In this document: piece after piece, positions 27,245 to 40,699 of the stretch | Layout of the letters: the number at the start of each line of letters is the position of its first letter | Numbering within the stretch: the stretch's first letter is position 1 | Origin: Diadema antillarum | Taxonomy: Eukaryota | Assembly (NCBI RefSeq): GCF_040938485.1 | Contig: NW_027271001.1 | Coordinates: 1,054,001 to 1,118,000, forward strand | DNA length: 64,000 nt | Reading direction: 5' to 3' | Position numbers and translations under genes: made by a program | The notes under the pieces: generated by a model | The model's input: only the letters and a program-made list of their open reading frames with translations | Databases searched by the model: none | What the model was told of the DNA's origin: nothing

Positions 27245-27586
27245 GTTTGGCTCGTTTGTTTCATTTCCATCTCAGAAGATGGTTGGATAGCCCATATTCA
27301 GCTGCAATAGCCGGTCTTCCATGGTGTACAGTTGGATGTTAGGCGGGACCATTTCACCGGGTTACACACCATGCTCTTTGCAATGAATAAATGAAGCGGG
27401 ATCTTTGGTGTGCATGACTCTCTCACACACGGGACCTCCATTTTATGACCTATCCAGTGGACAGAGTGTTTTGCCCCTTACTAGAGGGGACATTACGATT
27501 ACACACAGCATTGCTCGAGAATGAACCCGAGTCCTTTGGATCGTGAGGCAGACGCGAGGCAGACCGAGTGAGCTAACTCATCGCCC
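27245..27586 (-). mobile_element. tRNA-derived SINE (SINE2-like)
   Basis: Minus-strand A-box-like TAGCTCACTCGG (27575-27564) and B-box-like GGGTTCATTCT (27528-27518). Central core-like TAAAATGGAGGTCCCGTG...AAAGATCCC...AACCCGGTG, then a short repeat tail. Confidence 0.75.
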
Positions 27587-28339
27587 AAGCTTAGCGTGCA
27601 GATATGTAACGGAGCAATTGTCGCAAGAGCAAATGCCATGGAACCTCTTCGTATTTCTCCCTTTCCTTAGTTCTCATCCCGCGTGATCTACTTTCTGTCT
27701 CTACTTATCTCTTCTATCTTATTCCACTAGCACTGGTTTGTATTCAATCGAGGTGAGATTCTATACGAGGCGGAGGCTTCTATTTTGGCTGAAATCATAT
27801 CACTGTATATTGGGCTGGGTTTCCGGGAGGGATTAGAAATTGCTGTGTTACTGCAGTACTTGCCTTAATCCATAGCATCTACAAGACCCCCAGATTAATC
27901 CCATGCCGAGAGGCAGTGTGACCTTAAACAATGTCCAATGGTAATTTCGGTGGCGCCCCCACCACATGATAGCTCTGCCGTAGTCCACCTGTTGCGCTGG
28001 CAATTCGTCTGTACAGGAAATAATCACTGGATGATTTGGGCTCAAGTCATTTCGTTGAGTTTCTTTTGAAGACAAGCATGATCGGTCACTATGATCTTAC
28101 ATATTCCGTATCATACATACTGTCATATTCTCCACTCAACAACTAAAACACAAGATTATGACCATGACTCGACATGACATTCGAATATCATTTTGAAGGG
28201 TTCATTCGTGAAGAAACTCTAGAAACTCTTATGGAAGGAACTACTGAGACATCTTTGGCATCTGGGGTCCTAATCAGTTACGTCAGCTGTGTGTAGTCCC
28301 AGGACGGCTCCACGGAAACTGGGATTAAAATTCTGTATA

Positions 28340-29033
28340 ATATGTGACTGTGCACCTCAAAACGAACATAAAGTCGCACACACTTTGCGTGAGGACTGAA
28401 AATAAGTGAAATGGGTCAACCTAGCCAAACTTGGCTTTTTCATATTTTCTGAAAGAGCAGGTCTTCTTTTACATTATGCTAAAATTTGGTATCATAAAAC
28501 GGGCAGGAAAGTGTGTTTTTTAGCAGTTTATCTCGAACATTTTTGGTAGAATAGTGTGATTAGGTGTGTCTTTAGAATCCCTTTTTTATTTCTGAAAAAA
28601 CCTTGCCCACACTCTTCACTTTCAACTCTAATAACTTTTGAAAGGGTAGTGCTACTGCTTTGAAAGTTGGCATTGATTATGGACAGAATGTGTTAATGAG
28701 GCATGCTTAATTTCAGTTTAATTTGATAATCTCGTCATTGTTGTTACTCTGGTGGTTTACTTCCTGTTTTTTGTCCCATTCATGGCACAGCCAGCACGGT
28801 TTGGTAAAGATTAAGCGCTTGAATAGACACTGTACTTCAGATCCTCTTTTCTCAGTTCACACTTTTCCTGAGTTTGTGCTTTCTTTCCAATGTTTAGATA
28901 GGTTAGAAGAGTCCATTTGATTTGAGTTATACATCATTTAAAAGCTTAAAGTCTGCTCTTTCAGAATATGGTCTTAACTAAAGATTCAAGTCTGGCGACT
29001 TTTTGTTTGTTTTGAGGTGCAGGGTCACCTATA
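28340..29033. mobile_element. Non-autonomous DNA transposon with ~38-bp TIRs
   Basis: ATATGTGACTGTGCACCTCAAAACGAACATAAAGTCGC and GCGACTTTTTGTTTGTTTTGAGGTGCAGGGTCACCTAT are inverted, with a few mismatches. Confidence 0.8.
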
Positions 29034-29647
29034 AAGAGTTTCGTGTTCAGGTCAACTCCTCACCTGCTCACGTTACCAGCAACCAGAGATGTGCCCAAAC
29101 TCAAACACATGGGAACACACCGAATCTGTCTCCTCCCTTTTCTTTGTTCAAAACCATACCTCCAAGAGTGTTGTCCTGTTTCTTACTTGAGTCTCCTACC
29201 GTCTACCTTTGTTTCCTTCCTCCCCCTGATCATCTTCATCAGTCTTCTCCACATCTTCATGCTCCTCCGCGTTATCAGTTTTCTTCTGATGTCTGACGCT
29301 TTTCGTCACCCATACACACCTTATGGGGGGTTTTTCACACCAAATCTTCCAACTAAACTCTCAATTTCATGTCAAACTCATATTCTACAAAGTCTACTCT
29401 TTCTGTTGCACCTCCTCGTCACTCTGCTCGTTGTGCCCAGCTAGTCAAACTCTCTCCATCTTCTCGTCACCTTCGTCTTCGACATCCTCCTCATCATCGT
29501 CATCCTTCATATTCGTCCCCCTCTCCAACATTCTCCAATCATGCAGACACTTCTCTTTGTCACTCATACTGCCCGTTGCCATGGTTACTTTCCTCCCGGC
29601 CATTCCCTTGTCTGTCTCCTCCTCGTAATCATATCATCCTCCTCCTA

Positions 29648-29814
29648 GGGGTGTTTCACAAAGCTGTTCTTAAAGTTACGAAGGACTTAAGAATGACTGG
29701 TGATCAGTTCTTGTGCTGAATTGTTGAGATTCTGATAAGTATAGCACATAGGAACTGATCACCAATCGTTCTTAAGTCCTTCGTAACTTTAAGAACAGCT
29801 TTGTGTAACACCCC
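29648..29814. mobile_element. 167-bp foldback MITE (Harbinger-like ends)
   Basis: ~70-bp arms beginning GGGGTGTTTCACAAAGCTGTTCTTAAAGTTACG with about 5 differences and a 25-nt loop. Flanks CTA/CTG. Confidence 0.85.
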
Positions 29815-30503
29815 CTGATATTCACATCCTAGTCACCATCTCTGGCTCTCTAATTCTCGTAACCCTCCATGCACGTGATTCGTCACCTCTTAAAATTTTG
29901 TCTCTGTCACTATCTTCATGATTGGTTTCCTTAGCGTACTTTTCCTCGTCAATATTCTCCTCGTCCATGTCGTCTTCCTTTTCGTCACCCCTCGTCACCC
30001 TCCGCCTCATTCACGTCCCCATCATAACCGCCCATGTCACTTTCGCCCCGGATGTACTTCTCCTCGTAATCACCATCACAGTCACTCTCATCCTAGATAT
30101 ATTTCTCGCTACCCGTATGACTTGTCACTGCCCTTCTCTACTTTAGCCTCCTCCTCGCCATTGTTTCGTCACTTGTTCATCACTCGATCTGTCGCTCCTT
30201 TTCATCACCGCCTCTACCACGCTTAATCCTCGATGTTCTCCTCCTCTTCACCTCCCTTCTCCCTTCGCTCATCCTCGTCTGATTCCGCATCATGTAGCTT
30301 TTTTTCCCCCAAACTCGTCGCCAATACCTCCATCCATAACTCTGTGCCCCTCCATTCGGCGTCGTCATCGAGTCCTCCAGTCACTCCGTGAATCATCCAC
30401 ATTCCACACCCTCCTCTCTTGCGATCCTCTCTCCCTTCTAATGAGTCCTGCGACCTTCTGTCTTTCAGTGGTCCATCCCTGTCACATCTGTCTCGTCACA
30501 TTT

Positions 30504-30637
30504 NNNNNNNNNNNNNNNNNNNNNNNNNNNNNNNNNNNNNNNNNNNNNNNNNNNNNNNNNNNNNNNNNNNNNNNNNNNNNNNNNNNNNNNNNNNNNNNNN
30601 NNNNNNNNNNNNNNNNNNNNNNNNNNNNNNNNNNNNN
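30504..30637. other. Assembly gap
   Basis: Run of N. Confidence 1.
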
Positions 30638-30899
30638 GTCTGTCCATCCTTTCTGCTCTTCGATACCTCCATCGTGGCTCGAGTCCAAGTCCCCCAACAA
30701 ATGTCGTTATGTAACCAGCGTTACTAACTATGAGATGTCATGTTGAAGATACTGCGCGTTGTCACAGAACATTCAAACTTTCCGGCCATCTGCGGACTAG
30801 GTGCATATGTACTAATCACCTTGTCCAGGTGTACAAATGTTGATATTTCATCTCTTTCTATTTGTGTGAACGTGTCCTAATCACTTTGCACATGTGTGC

Positions 30900-32150
30900 A
30901 CAAGTATTAATCACTTTCTCCAGGTGTTCATCTTTTTTCTGTTTCTCATTTTTGCTTGTTGCTTTTACTGGTAACGTTGATATTGCTTTGAATGTTATTC
31001 CCTTGTTGTTCTTGTTGTCGTTGTGGCTTTGTTGTCATATCTTTGTCACAGACAACGCAGTGCGTGATACACCTTCTGATAACTCTTTTTGGTGTTGGTG
31101 CAAGGGTATACTGCTGAAGAGGCAATGGTGTGGCAACGAATCATAGCCGCATGTTGCCCGGCTGTTCAGTCTGACTCAAGTCGCCGAGTTGGCAAGGCTT
31201 GATGGTGAGGATGCCGAACGGGGTGTTATCTTTAACGAAACAATCTCTTGGCACCATTTGGTGGCCATATGTCTTTAATAGTCACAAAAGTGATATCTAA
31301 TGAGTAATATGATTATTGAAACATGCCAGCAGAATTTTGCTTGCCGCCGAAAGGGCAGTGAACCTGTGCTGCAAAGCATTATGGGCAGTCTCTGATTGAG
31401 TGGACACATCTCGATGTATGATGCAGAGGGCAGCATAATGCGGCCCAAGTGTTGATAACTTGTTTTCAAAGATAGTTGATTCGTAGATCTCTGGGGAGAA
31501 CTTTCGTTAGAAGGAGAATCAGCTCCGAAAATCGTTGAAAATATAACAGCTCGCCGTGAACACTATAAAACATCCAGAAGACATTATAAAGGTATAGAGG
31601 TCCAAGTTGTTTGAAGAAGATCTGGCCAATAGCAGGCGTCCGTCTAAAGTTGTTTTGTTGTTGTGGTTGTTTTAAATGTTTGCTTCCATGGTTGGGTGTT
31701 TTGGTTAGCACTCAGGTGAGGACCGCTAAACTCAAATTCTCCTGTAGACATTAACCTGCACTTCAGTGAGTGACTTCTTGATAAAAAGGAATAGTCGCAT
31801 ATAAACTGGACCGTGAAATTTATGTCAAAGTCATGTCATTGGGATACTAACATCGGACACTATAACTGGTAGTTACTGGCGTTGGTGCGATAGGCTGACT
31901 GAAAAGTGTATAACAGTTGTCTGTGATTCCTATTCGACACGCTCTATGATGACCAAGGTATGAGCTGAGTGACAGGAATAGCCACAATGTTCGAAGTTGA
32001 ACAGTCCGTGGGTGATGGCCGATGGGCGAACGTTCAAGCTGCTGTCGACGGCTGTGGTCAAAGTCTGACGGTCAAAGCAAGATTGCCATTCCAAGCAATC
32101 TCTTCGGACGTGGGAGCTTCACCCGAGTTGAGTCCATCAATCCAACACGA
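30900..32150 (-). pseudogene. Possible heavily decayed coding sequence (LRR-like motifs; LINE ORF2 is an alternative)
   Basis: Higher-complexity sequence. Translations include DCSTSNIVAIP (LRR N-cap-like), FENKLSTLGP and KILLACFNNHITH. Many stops and frameshifts. Confidence 0.3.
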
Positions 32151-34539
32151 TTAAAGATTAAGCAGCTACAGATGTAGGGCAAGCATGTAAATGGCCACAC
32201 CCTAGAATCCAATCCAATCCAATCCCGTCGTCCTCCTTCCTATAGCCATATCCCTCCCCAATCATTAACCCGCCGTACACAGTCCCCCAGGTGGGCCCTG
32301 TGCAGAGACGATGGGGGATTTCAGTGTACAGTGGAGAACGGCTTAAAATTTGAGTGTGCTATGGCTCTGTATTATTATGGACTGTTTTAGAACGGCAAAA
32401 ATAGGGGATGTCATTGTCAATATGCAGTTTAACCTGATCCATCTAGCTCCTAGCTGAAGTTATGAAGGAAATACGGCAACAATGTGGTCTATACAAGGAA
32501 TTTTATGGAGATGTGTCGTCTGTGGCGGAGAATAATGTGCTCTATTAGATAATAAGAACATATTTTATTATACACTATGCATAACAAAATTGTTCACGTG
32601 GCCAAGTGTTTAGCAACCCCCTTTAGCTGGCCAATTATTTTGGTCGGACGTGTCGGTGTGAGGCGAAATACTGTATATCTGTACAGCCTTTTTTGTCACT
32701 ATTATTTTTAGCAGGAAATGTTTGTTGTGAATCGTCGCCGTGTTATGAATCACACAAAACACAATGCTCAGCAGAAAATGTTGTACTTATTAGTATTGCT
32801 CATTTGACAATGAGATTAGCTGATATAAGAAGAAAATAGAACAAGAATAAAGATCATTTCTTCGTCACTCATGCATAAATACCCGCTAAAGGTCAACCTT
32901 TTTTGAATGCCAAAAGGAAGCTTAATATATAATCCAAATGTGCGTCGCGGGCGTTGGATTGTTGCCCAGCAAAATCACACATCACTAACCATCCAAGAAA
33001 TTGAGCCCCTAAAAATTCACTCCTTAATAATCATCTGAAGGTAAATTGAATAATTTCCGTAACACTAAAAGTAGCATACTTCTTTTGGCAGCTCTCCCGG
33101 CATCCGGAAAAAAAAATCTCACAATATGGCATTTGTTATAAAAGTAGCGAGCGCGACAAATTCAAAGTTCGGCCACTCCCACATTAAGTGAAAATTAGTC
33201 TCTACAACATTGATTGCATGTTTTAGGGTGTCTTCCCGTTTTATGCCAAAGTGCTAGGAACTATTCGTACCAGAGACGTACAGTGTGAATGTTCCTTCCG
33301 TGTGAGTTCGTTCTTCTACGCTTTAAGATGGAGAGTTTCTGCTTAAGACTAGCCACAATGTTCGCTGGAACGATAGCGATATCTGGTACCTTTGGTTCAC
33401 TTTTGTTAAACTCGCAGAAAAAAAAAGACCAAAAAAAAAAAAAAAAAAGACAACGAATCCATTGCCACAATCGAGACAGAAGTATTCACAATTCTAAAGG
33501 AGATTACAAGATATATGAACATGAGAAATTTTTTTTGAGTACTAATCAACATTTATTGATATAGGAAAACTTTAATGATATTAGGAAGAATCATTGGATA
33601 ATCCATAATTACGTACTAGCATTGGGGCCGGTCTGGAACGTTTTCCAGACCCAGTTGTATCGACTACATGTATTACGATTCTAAAGTTTAGCTGCAATCA
33701 CCAGAACAGGCTGATGAGTTTCGTGAGAATCAAACTTATCTTCAGAATTGTGGAAGAGTTTTGTGTTCCTTATATAAGCCTCAAATACCTCAAGCAAAAA
33801 ATCATACCCCCTCCCATAAGTGGGCCTTTCCATTGTTCAAACTTTATTCCTTGTTATACTTTGTGCATGACATCATTGTGACTCCCTTGAAAACCTACTT
33901 GTCGCAAATATCAAGTCATTGTCAGACCAATTGTAGCACAATAAGGGGCCCCTATCTGGGGTGTTTCTATTCACCATTCCTCCCCCCCCCCCCCAACACA
34001 CAAACGTGACAAATAGCAAGCACGCAACTATTGCTGGGCCGCCATCAACGTTATGCCAACAAAGTTGAGTGTTTATTTGCTATTGCAATCACTGTTTTAA
34101 TCGACTTGATAATTATCATTATGGGATAAACGAAGAGAAACTAATTAATAGACAGCTGATAGAAGTTTCATCAAAGACTGAAATGAAATAATGTTTTTTT
34201 TTGTGAAACATTTATGTTTTACATATTTTACTCAACATCGATACTGGTTGCAACCACATACGCCAATTGGATGGGGTGACGGTTTTTATTTGTTTCCAAA
34301 AGCATATTCCCGCCATCTTAACATGAGCAACTGTCTTTTGCTATGGGTTTCATGTCTATGGTAAATCTTCATAATATAAAAGCAGATATGACATGTTTCG
34401 TTTTTTAATGAAAAAAGAAAGAAGGGTCCTTTATTTGACAATCTTGTAACGAAATTCTCTCAATTTTGAAAATCATAATTCTACAACATAAACAGGATTT
34501 ATAATGAGTTGAATCAAGAAACTGGAAAGCAAACTCACC

Positions 34540-34582
34540 GTTGTGACGTTTCGCCAATTATCAATTGGCTTCTTCGGGCGAA
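34540..34582 (-). ncRNA. Degenerate minimal hammerhead-like core (Penelope-type)
   Basis: CCGAAGA-A-GCCAATT-gat-AATTGGC-GAAA-CG-UC: 7-bp stem II, palindromic stem III ACGU, U4C change, poor stem I. Confidence 0.5.
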
Positions 34583-34669
34583 TGATGCTCCCGATGATCT
34601 TGTACTTCGACTGGATGAATGAGAAGAATTTACATCAGTCTAAACATGATTGAATGCGAAGGATGTAAA

Positions 34670-34884
34670 GCTTCCCTTTTTTCGTATGCCAGTCAAAAAC
34701 TTGTGAACCTATGACGTCATCACATGATATTAATTTACATATAAAATTGTGACTAGCATCAAATTTTTTTTCGAATATAATATGTGAAACTATAAGCCGA
34801 TGTTCCTGATCTTGTTTTTTGGTAACCTGTTCCGCTTGATTTAATTCAGTGCTAAATTGAACATGAAGTGGACTTGTACTTTAA
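34670..34884 (-). mobile_element. Partial TTAA-ended MITE
   Basis: Minus-strand start TTAAAGTACAAGTCCAC; internal TGATGACGTCAT. Confidence 0.45.
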
Positions 34885-35459
34885 CGGTATAGAGCCCATC
34901 CGAACCTCTTTAGTATCTACATCTACAGTTGGCTGGCGTCTTTCTGTTTTTTTTTTTCAAGTCCAAGAAAAGTAAGAATATCATTCCAGGTGTTGTTCAG
35001 TATGATAAAGATATTGAACTTCACAGTTACCCTCTACCATGTCGAGGTCACGAAGGAAAGGATAATGAAGCCACTCATGCCAAACACGCAAATGTTCCAC
35101 ATTTGTGTTCACACGTTTCTGCTTCATGACTGGGCACGCCATGCTCGTATTGTTTTCTACCATGCCTCTAATTTTTCTTTCTTTCTTTTTTCTTTGGGGG
35201 AGAAGGGATCTTTATTTTGACCTCCAAAATGCCTGCCAAGAATTTCGTCTAACGAAGATATCGAATTTGGACGTGAACGAGGCTTAGCAGCCTAGTAAGA
35301 ATTGAGTGTTGTTCTTTTTTTTACCAAAACGTTCGGAGATACATTTTGAAATCATAATCATCATATGAAGTACAGCTTATGAAAACCTACACATCCTTTT
35401 ATGCATATTTTTTTTTGTTTAAATTAACATTCTGATCATGGAGGACGACTTTATATGAA

Positions 35460-35664
35460 TCAGGGTTGACGTTCGTTGTTCCGGAAATGAAATCGTATTC
35501 GTTATATGGTCCGAAAATGGAAAGAAGTTGCGTACTAACGAACCTCCGGAATTACGAACCTTTGTTTTCGGATGAACGAAGCTTCGGAATAAGAAACTGT
35601 TGCAATAGCGAACCTTATATCATTTCTTGATTAACGGACTTTCAGAATAACGATCTGTAACCGA
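35460..35664. mobile_element. MITE of the TTCGGAATAACGAAC-repeat family (copy 2)
   Basis: Degenerate left GGTTGACGTTCGTTGTTCCGG and right CAGAATAACGATCTGTAACCGA; shares motifs with 5545-5728. Confidence 0.65.
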
Positions 35665-35854
35665 TATCAACGGCGGTGGCTGTTCACCTTTGCCAAGCAA
35701 TCTTCTTGATTATCGCTTTTGGTAGTGGAACGCAGAAATAGAATTGAACTGAAACTTCCGTGTACAATTCTGAAACCTTATCCACCATGGCACGGTGCTT
35801 CCACTGGTTCGACATAATAATGTTGTTGTTCGTCATGGCGCCTTCTCTGGACGA

Positions 35855-36275
35855 ACCTTTCCACTGGGCATAAATACAACAAAAGACCAGTCACCCCACA
35901 TGGTTTTTGTTTTGCGAACTATGAGAAGGCCAGTATTACAAGAACGGAGTGATCTTGAGGGAATGTAATGATAAAAACAGAGAAGTACTAGGCTATTATA
36001 CTTTGGGGCAGATCTATTCAACCAATGACATACAAAAAGCAACAGCTTAAATTGAACCCGTTACAGAATGGGTAGCCATTGGAGAAACTTAAGTACAGGA
36101 GTAATATGAGTGTATTTTGATTTTAAAGAGTGATAAGTTTGGCTGCAGAGTTTTGGACTTTTTGATTTGTGACAGCTGTCTGTGAGGCAAACCATAAAGA
36201 AGGGCATTACGGAAATCTAAACGAGATGAGATTTAAGCATGGACAATCTTTTCTGTAGCAAAAAGCAAAACATCA
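35855..36275 (-). mobile_element. L2-clade LINE remnant, reverse-transcriptase C-terminal region, inactivated
   Basis: Minus-strand translation with stops and a frameshift: ATEKIVHA*ISSRLDFRNALLYGLP...VQNSAAKLIT...KYTHITPVLKFLQWLPIL*RVQFKLLL...APKY...YIPSRSLRS...WGDWSF. This matches the conserved L2 ORF2 C-terminus. Confidence 0.9.
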
Positions 36276-38970
36276 AAAAACAACAAACAGATGATGGGGA
36301 AAAGTTGCCAAACCTATTCCACTTACAGACAGTCACACAAACAGGAATTCACAAAATGTCCTTGTATGTGCTTCTGTATGCTTGTGAGTGTGGGTGTATG
36401 TATGTATGTATGTGCTGCGTGTGTGTTGCAGTAAGGCTTACTGTCCAAAATGGCTACCTTGTAGGGTATGACTGTAATAGGGCCTTCAAAAAGGTCTGCT
36501 ATTTTAATCCAGTGAGTTAACCAAAAAACGGTGAGATTCCTTGTCCAGGGACAGCAATAGGCAGCCACGAAGTGACTGCTTTGAAAGATCGCCAAAACAC
36601 AAAATTTCTAGGCAAATTGTTTGTCTGACACGACACGAAAAGAACGTGGATTCTGAGTAAACATCTTAAGATATTTATGGTCTATGTCACTACTGGTTGG
36701 TGATTGGTCAGAATGCAATCACGTGACTAATGCAACAAGGATAGAAATCTATATTGCGAGTAGTGACGTCACGTCAGGTAAATAACTCCAGAATTTGACT
36801 ACAATATGCCGATGTGGCGAGAATGAAATGATGTGCACTGATGTAGGCCATAATAACAAATATTGCCTGTCTATCGCTGCTCAGCATCAGACTTGAAAGT
36901 GCTTTGGGAGTTATATTTTCCCCTCTAAACAAATCATAATTTCTTGGGGATAATATAACTCCCGCGGCGATGTCAAGTGTTATATTACAAGTTTAAAAGG
37001 TAATATCTGTAGATATTAACGCTAATGGATCCAGTGTGAACAAAGATATACGCCTGTAGCCCTCGGACGCCAAGGCATTAGAAATCTCATACGAAACAGA
37101 CACATGAGTGTCCGACAACGTCGAATATAGCTCTAAATTCTTATTGCCATCATTGGAGACCAATGCAGACCATTCCGATCTGACGAAGGAATATTGTTTT
37201 CATGTGTGCTGAAAGATTTCCTTTTTTAAAGCATATAATCGTGAAAATTGAAGATCATAATGTTGATAAGGAGTAAGGAAATACTGAAGTTGGGATCAAC
37301 AGCAACAATTGCCATTATGACAATATTTTGTATACCTATGATATTGTTAGTACTTCCATGAATTTATACAATACCACCACAATGATATCTTGATTCAATG
37401 GCATACTACGTTCTAAATGATTTTTTTTTTGTTAATGTGATATCAAGTATAAGGCTTTGCCGAATACTATACTTTTGATTAGTACAGCCGAGGTTAAGCC
37501 TTTCTCATTAGGTGTGGATTACGTTAATAACAATAATTGTCCATATCAATTAACAACATCAGATAAAGTTACAATTATCAAAAGAAACCGGGAACAGTCT
37601 GTTGTTGCTATTTTGCACATTGTTTCTATCAAAGCAGTATGAATTCAACTACAATCATGGTTTTTGGACCGAGAAAAAGTAGTCTTGATGTGCAGTTGAG
37701 GTGATGGTTTCTCATTGCGTGATACATGATCGTCATAAACAGGCCTCTTCTTGGGGGTTATGTTGCTTTGAATGTAATACTGGCTTTTATGCACCGAGGC
37801 GAGACGAATTAAACGTTAATGCTCCGACTTAATCCCACTCGCAAACTGCGTATCACGTACTCCGGTACTCGCGGCAATCTTATCCGTCACGTCTCTCTAA
37901 AGTTACGCCGATGATTATCGGCCGTCTTGATGGGCTCTTTGTCTTTCTGGGAGGTATCATTTATGTAAAAAAAAAAAAAAAAAAATCACTTCTTCTGGGT
38001 TTATGTTCCACTTTCAAGGGTCTCTTAGGGTTAAGTCGTGTCAATTGATATTAATTTTCTTAGCCAAGACAAGAATTATATTTCATGAGCGTAATATCCC
38101 GCAGGTCTACATGTATGTCTTTCGAGGAATTACATGTAGAAAACCTCTTTTGAAAGCGAGCAGATCAACCATGTGTAACCGAGCGCAAAATCGTGACAAG
38201 GTTATGAGTTGTCAGTCCAGTGTTTTATAATTCGAAGGTCCATTCTGTTGTATACCCCTGCAAGAATGTGTGATCACCGTACTTAGAATTCAGATGATAC
38301 AAAACTGTTCCAATATCCAATTAAATTTCAATTTTTTTCTTTGTAAGTAACGTTCCAAAAATTATCAAATTAGTCTGGAAAGACTTCTTCCTTTCAATGC
38401 CTATATCTTTCTCTTCAACACGGCAAAAAAAAAAAAAAAAAATCCTTCCCAAAATTATTGATGTTCACAAAGAGTCCTGAAGAGGAATGATCTCATGAAA
38501 ACAATGTATTTACAGAACCTTCTGTCAGGATGTCCCATTTAACGTCACAACCCCATAAAGTTCTTTTGAATTAATAATCAGTAATTCACTTGTTCAGAAT
38601 TTCTTAAACATTGATATACAAATTCAAGCAGTATATTTTCCTTTTTTTTTCTAATGCCCATCTAAATGTAACTCTAAAAAACTTGATAACTTTGTTTCCG
38701 TGCAACGCGCATCAACTCATCAAGACACGCAATATAATTTTTTTAATGTTGTCAAATCTGCCATCCTGTGTACTTGAGGTAACTCCAGAGACGATTGATA
38801 TATATGTGAATGAGGAAGAGACACAGACACACATAAGAGAGGGAGAGCGAGGGTGAGATGTACAGTGTATGTGATGTAGGATATGACGCAAAGAGGACAT
38901 AATCCGAGACAAATTTGGAAGCATCGGTTAACGGCAGGAACTCTGGGATCACGCTCTTTCTCCTTTCTAG

Positions 38971-39051
38971 CCCTGAACCAGTTTTTCCTCTTCCACGAAG
39001 TGATGATGAGCGGGATGCGTCTCGCTGGGGGTCCAAAGCGGGCGGGAAACG
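38971..39051 (+). other. Candidate 81-nt internal exon
   Basis: Acceptor CTCTTTCTCCTTTCTAG and donor ACG|GTGAGC; two frames open. Confidence 0.4.
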
Positions 39052-40699
39052 GTGAGCAGAGCTCTATTGAAGCGATTCCTCTGCACCTGCTTACGATAAG
39101 CTCTTTAAAACCGGCTCATCGTCGTTCGAGCGATGTAGAGTATAATAGTCGGACTCGAGATATGCAGGTTGTTTTGAAGCACTCATAGCGGAAGACGGTT
39201 GTCTGGAAAGTATACACGCTGTACGTGTGATTTTGACAGTTTTGAAGGCCCTATTAACATGAAAATTAAAGTAAAGAGAGGTGAACTATCTTTGAAACTA
39301 ATTTCCGCATGCAGTTTAGCATGATCTTTTCACCTGCGCAGTTTTACGTTGACAACGGCGATCACATGCCGCAGCAATTTAAGGGTGCGGAGGAGAAGTG
39401 GGGACGAATCTAATGGGACATTTCAACAGTCTGTCGGTAGACTTTCGATGGTGCAGCTCTTAAGAAGTTTCTGTCTTCCTCTCATTATGAATGAACTTGA
39501 CTAGCAAATGAACTCATGTTGTTCTGCTTCGACGAGCGGCATGGTTGCGCTTTCTCAAAGGAAGTCGGTTCCAATTTACCGCTTAGAGTTCCAAGGTTCA
39601 TCCTCTCTTTTTCCAATTTCAAAGCGAGAGTTAAAAAAAAAGAAGCGCTTTAAGACTTCGACATGAATTGATGTTAATTTTTACTCCCATGCAACCGAGT
39701 AACCTGAAATGAGCCCGTTCAGGCCAGAACGACACCCATCGAATATTTTGACATTTCAGTAGAGGAGTGACGAGTGAACGCTAATTGGCTTTCCACCTAT
39801 TTAGAAGCCTTTTTTATTCAGTGCTAAGATCGATGCAAGCTGTAACGTCGATTAAACATGATCAAAGTCTATAAGAGTAAACCATTCCAATCTTGTTTGT
39901 CGGAGGATGGGGGGGGGGGGAGGAGTGAGGGCTCACCGATTATGTCCGATTATGTCACGGAGAATACTGTTGATGGCAAGCGATCGTGGGACGTGAGAGT
40001 GAAACCTTTAAGTCGTTGCCAGGTAACTGTTTAGATGTTTTGGCTGGGCGTGGTTTTGCTGGGTGTTGACAATTTTCAAGCAACCTCACAGCTGGTCGGA
40101 TGATGTTCCATACTTAGGATGTTTGTTTCTGTACACGCCTTGTTACAGAAATCAGCTGTCCAGATATTTGCAAAAAAGAACAGAGTTGCTGTGTATAAAC
40201 CATGAACTTAACCACTTAAGATCAACAGTATTTAAGAAAATATGCAATCAAGATAGAAGTGCAGTTGACATAAGGAAATGATAGTCACATGTATACTGTC
40301 AAAACTGTAAAATTTGGAGGAAAACAACTCTTGTGTCTGGGGAGCTGGAGAGCTTTAAGAATCGTTTCGGTCGCATATTACTTCATGGAAGTAAATCATT
40401 TCTTCTAATAGCATTTGAGCGCACACTTTACATAAAAATCTGCTGATTTAAAAGTGCAACGTTCGTAGGTGCCATCGAACAAACCGTGCAGAGGGCCTAC
40501 ATTTTTCGCCGCCTTTGAGCGGCAACTTGTGGGCAGCCCAGTCCGATGATCTCGAAAGTTCGATGTTCTCTGATCTTTAAATTCAAAACATACAGATATC
40601 AAAGCACCTTTCCAAGAGTGAGAACAGAGGACAAAGGATTCAAACGTGTTTCATTTCATATACGTGACTTTACACGACTGCACAATCCTGCACGCACCG

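Larger units (their letters stand above)
29040..30660. repeat. Pyrimidine-rich low-complexity region (degenerate CTCGTC/CTCCTC)
   Basis: Strong C/T strand bias; spans the gap at 30504-30637. Confidence 0.8.

Noticed and set aside
29003-30746. Many overlapping ORFs rich in S/P/H/L
   Set aside because: They arise from pyrimidine-rich low-complexity sequence that is naturally poor in stop codons.
31979-33364. 15-bp exact repeat TAGCCACAATGTTCG at 31979 and 33350
   Set aside because: Matches of this length are expected by chance in 64 kb, and the flanks do not align.
37175-37225. CUGACGA followed later by GAAA
   Set aside because: No stem II can form, so it is not a hammerhead.
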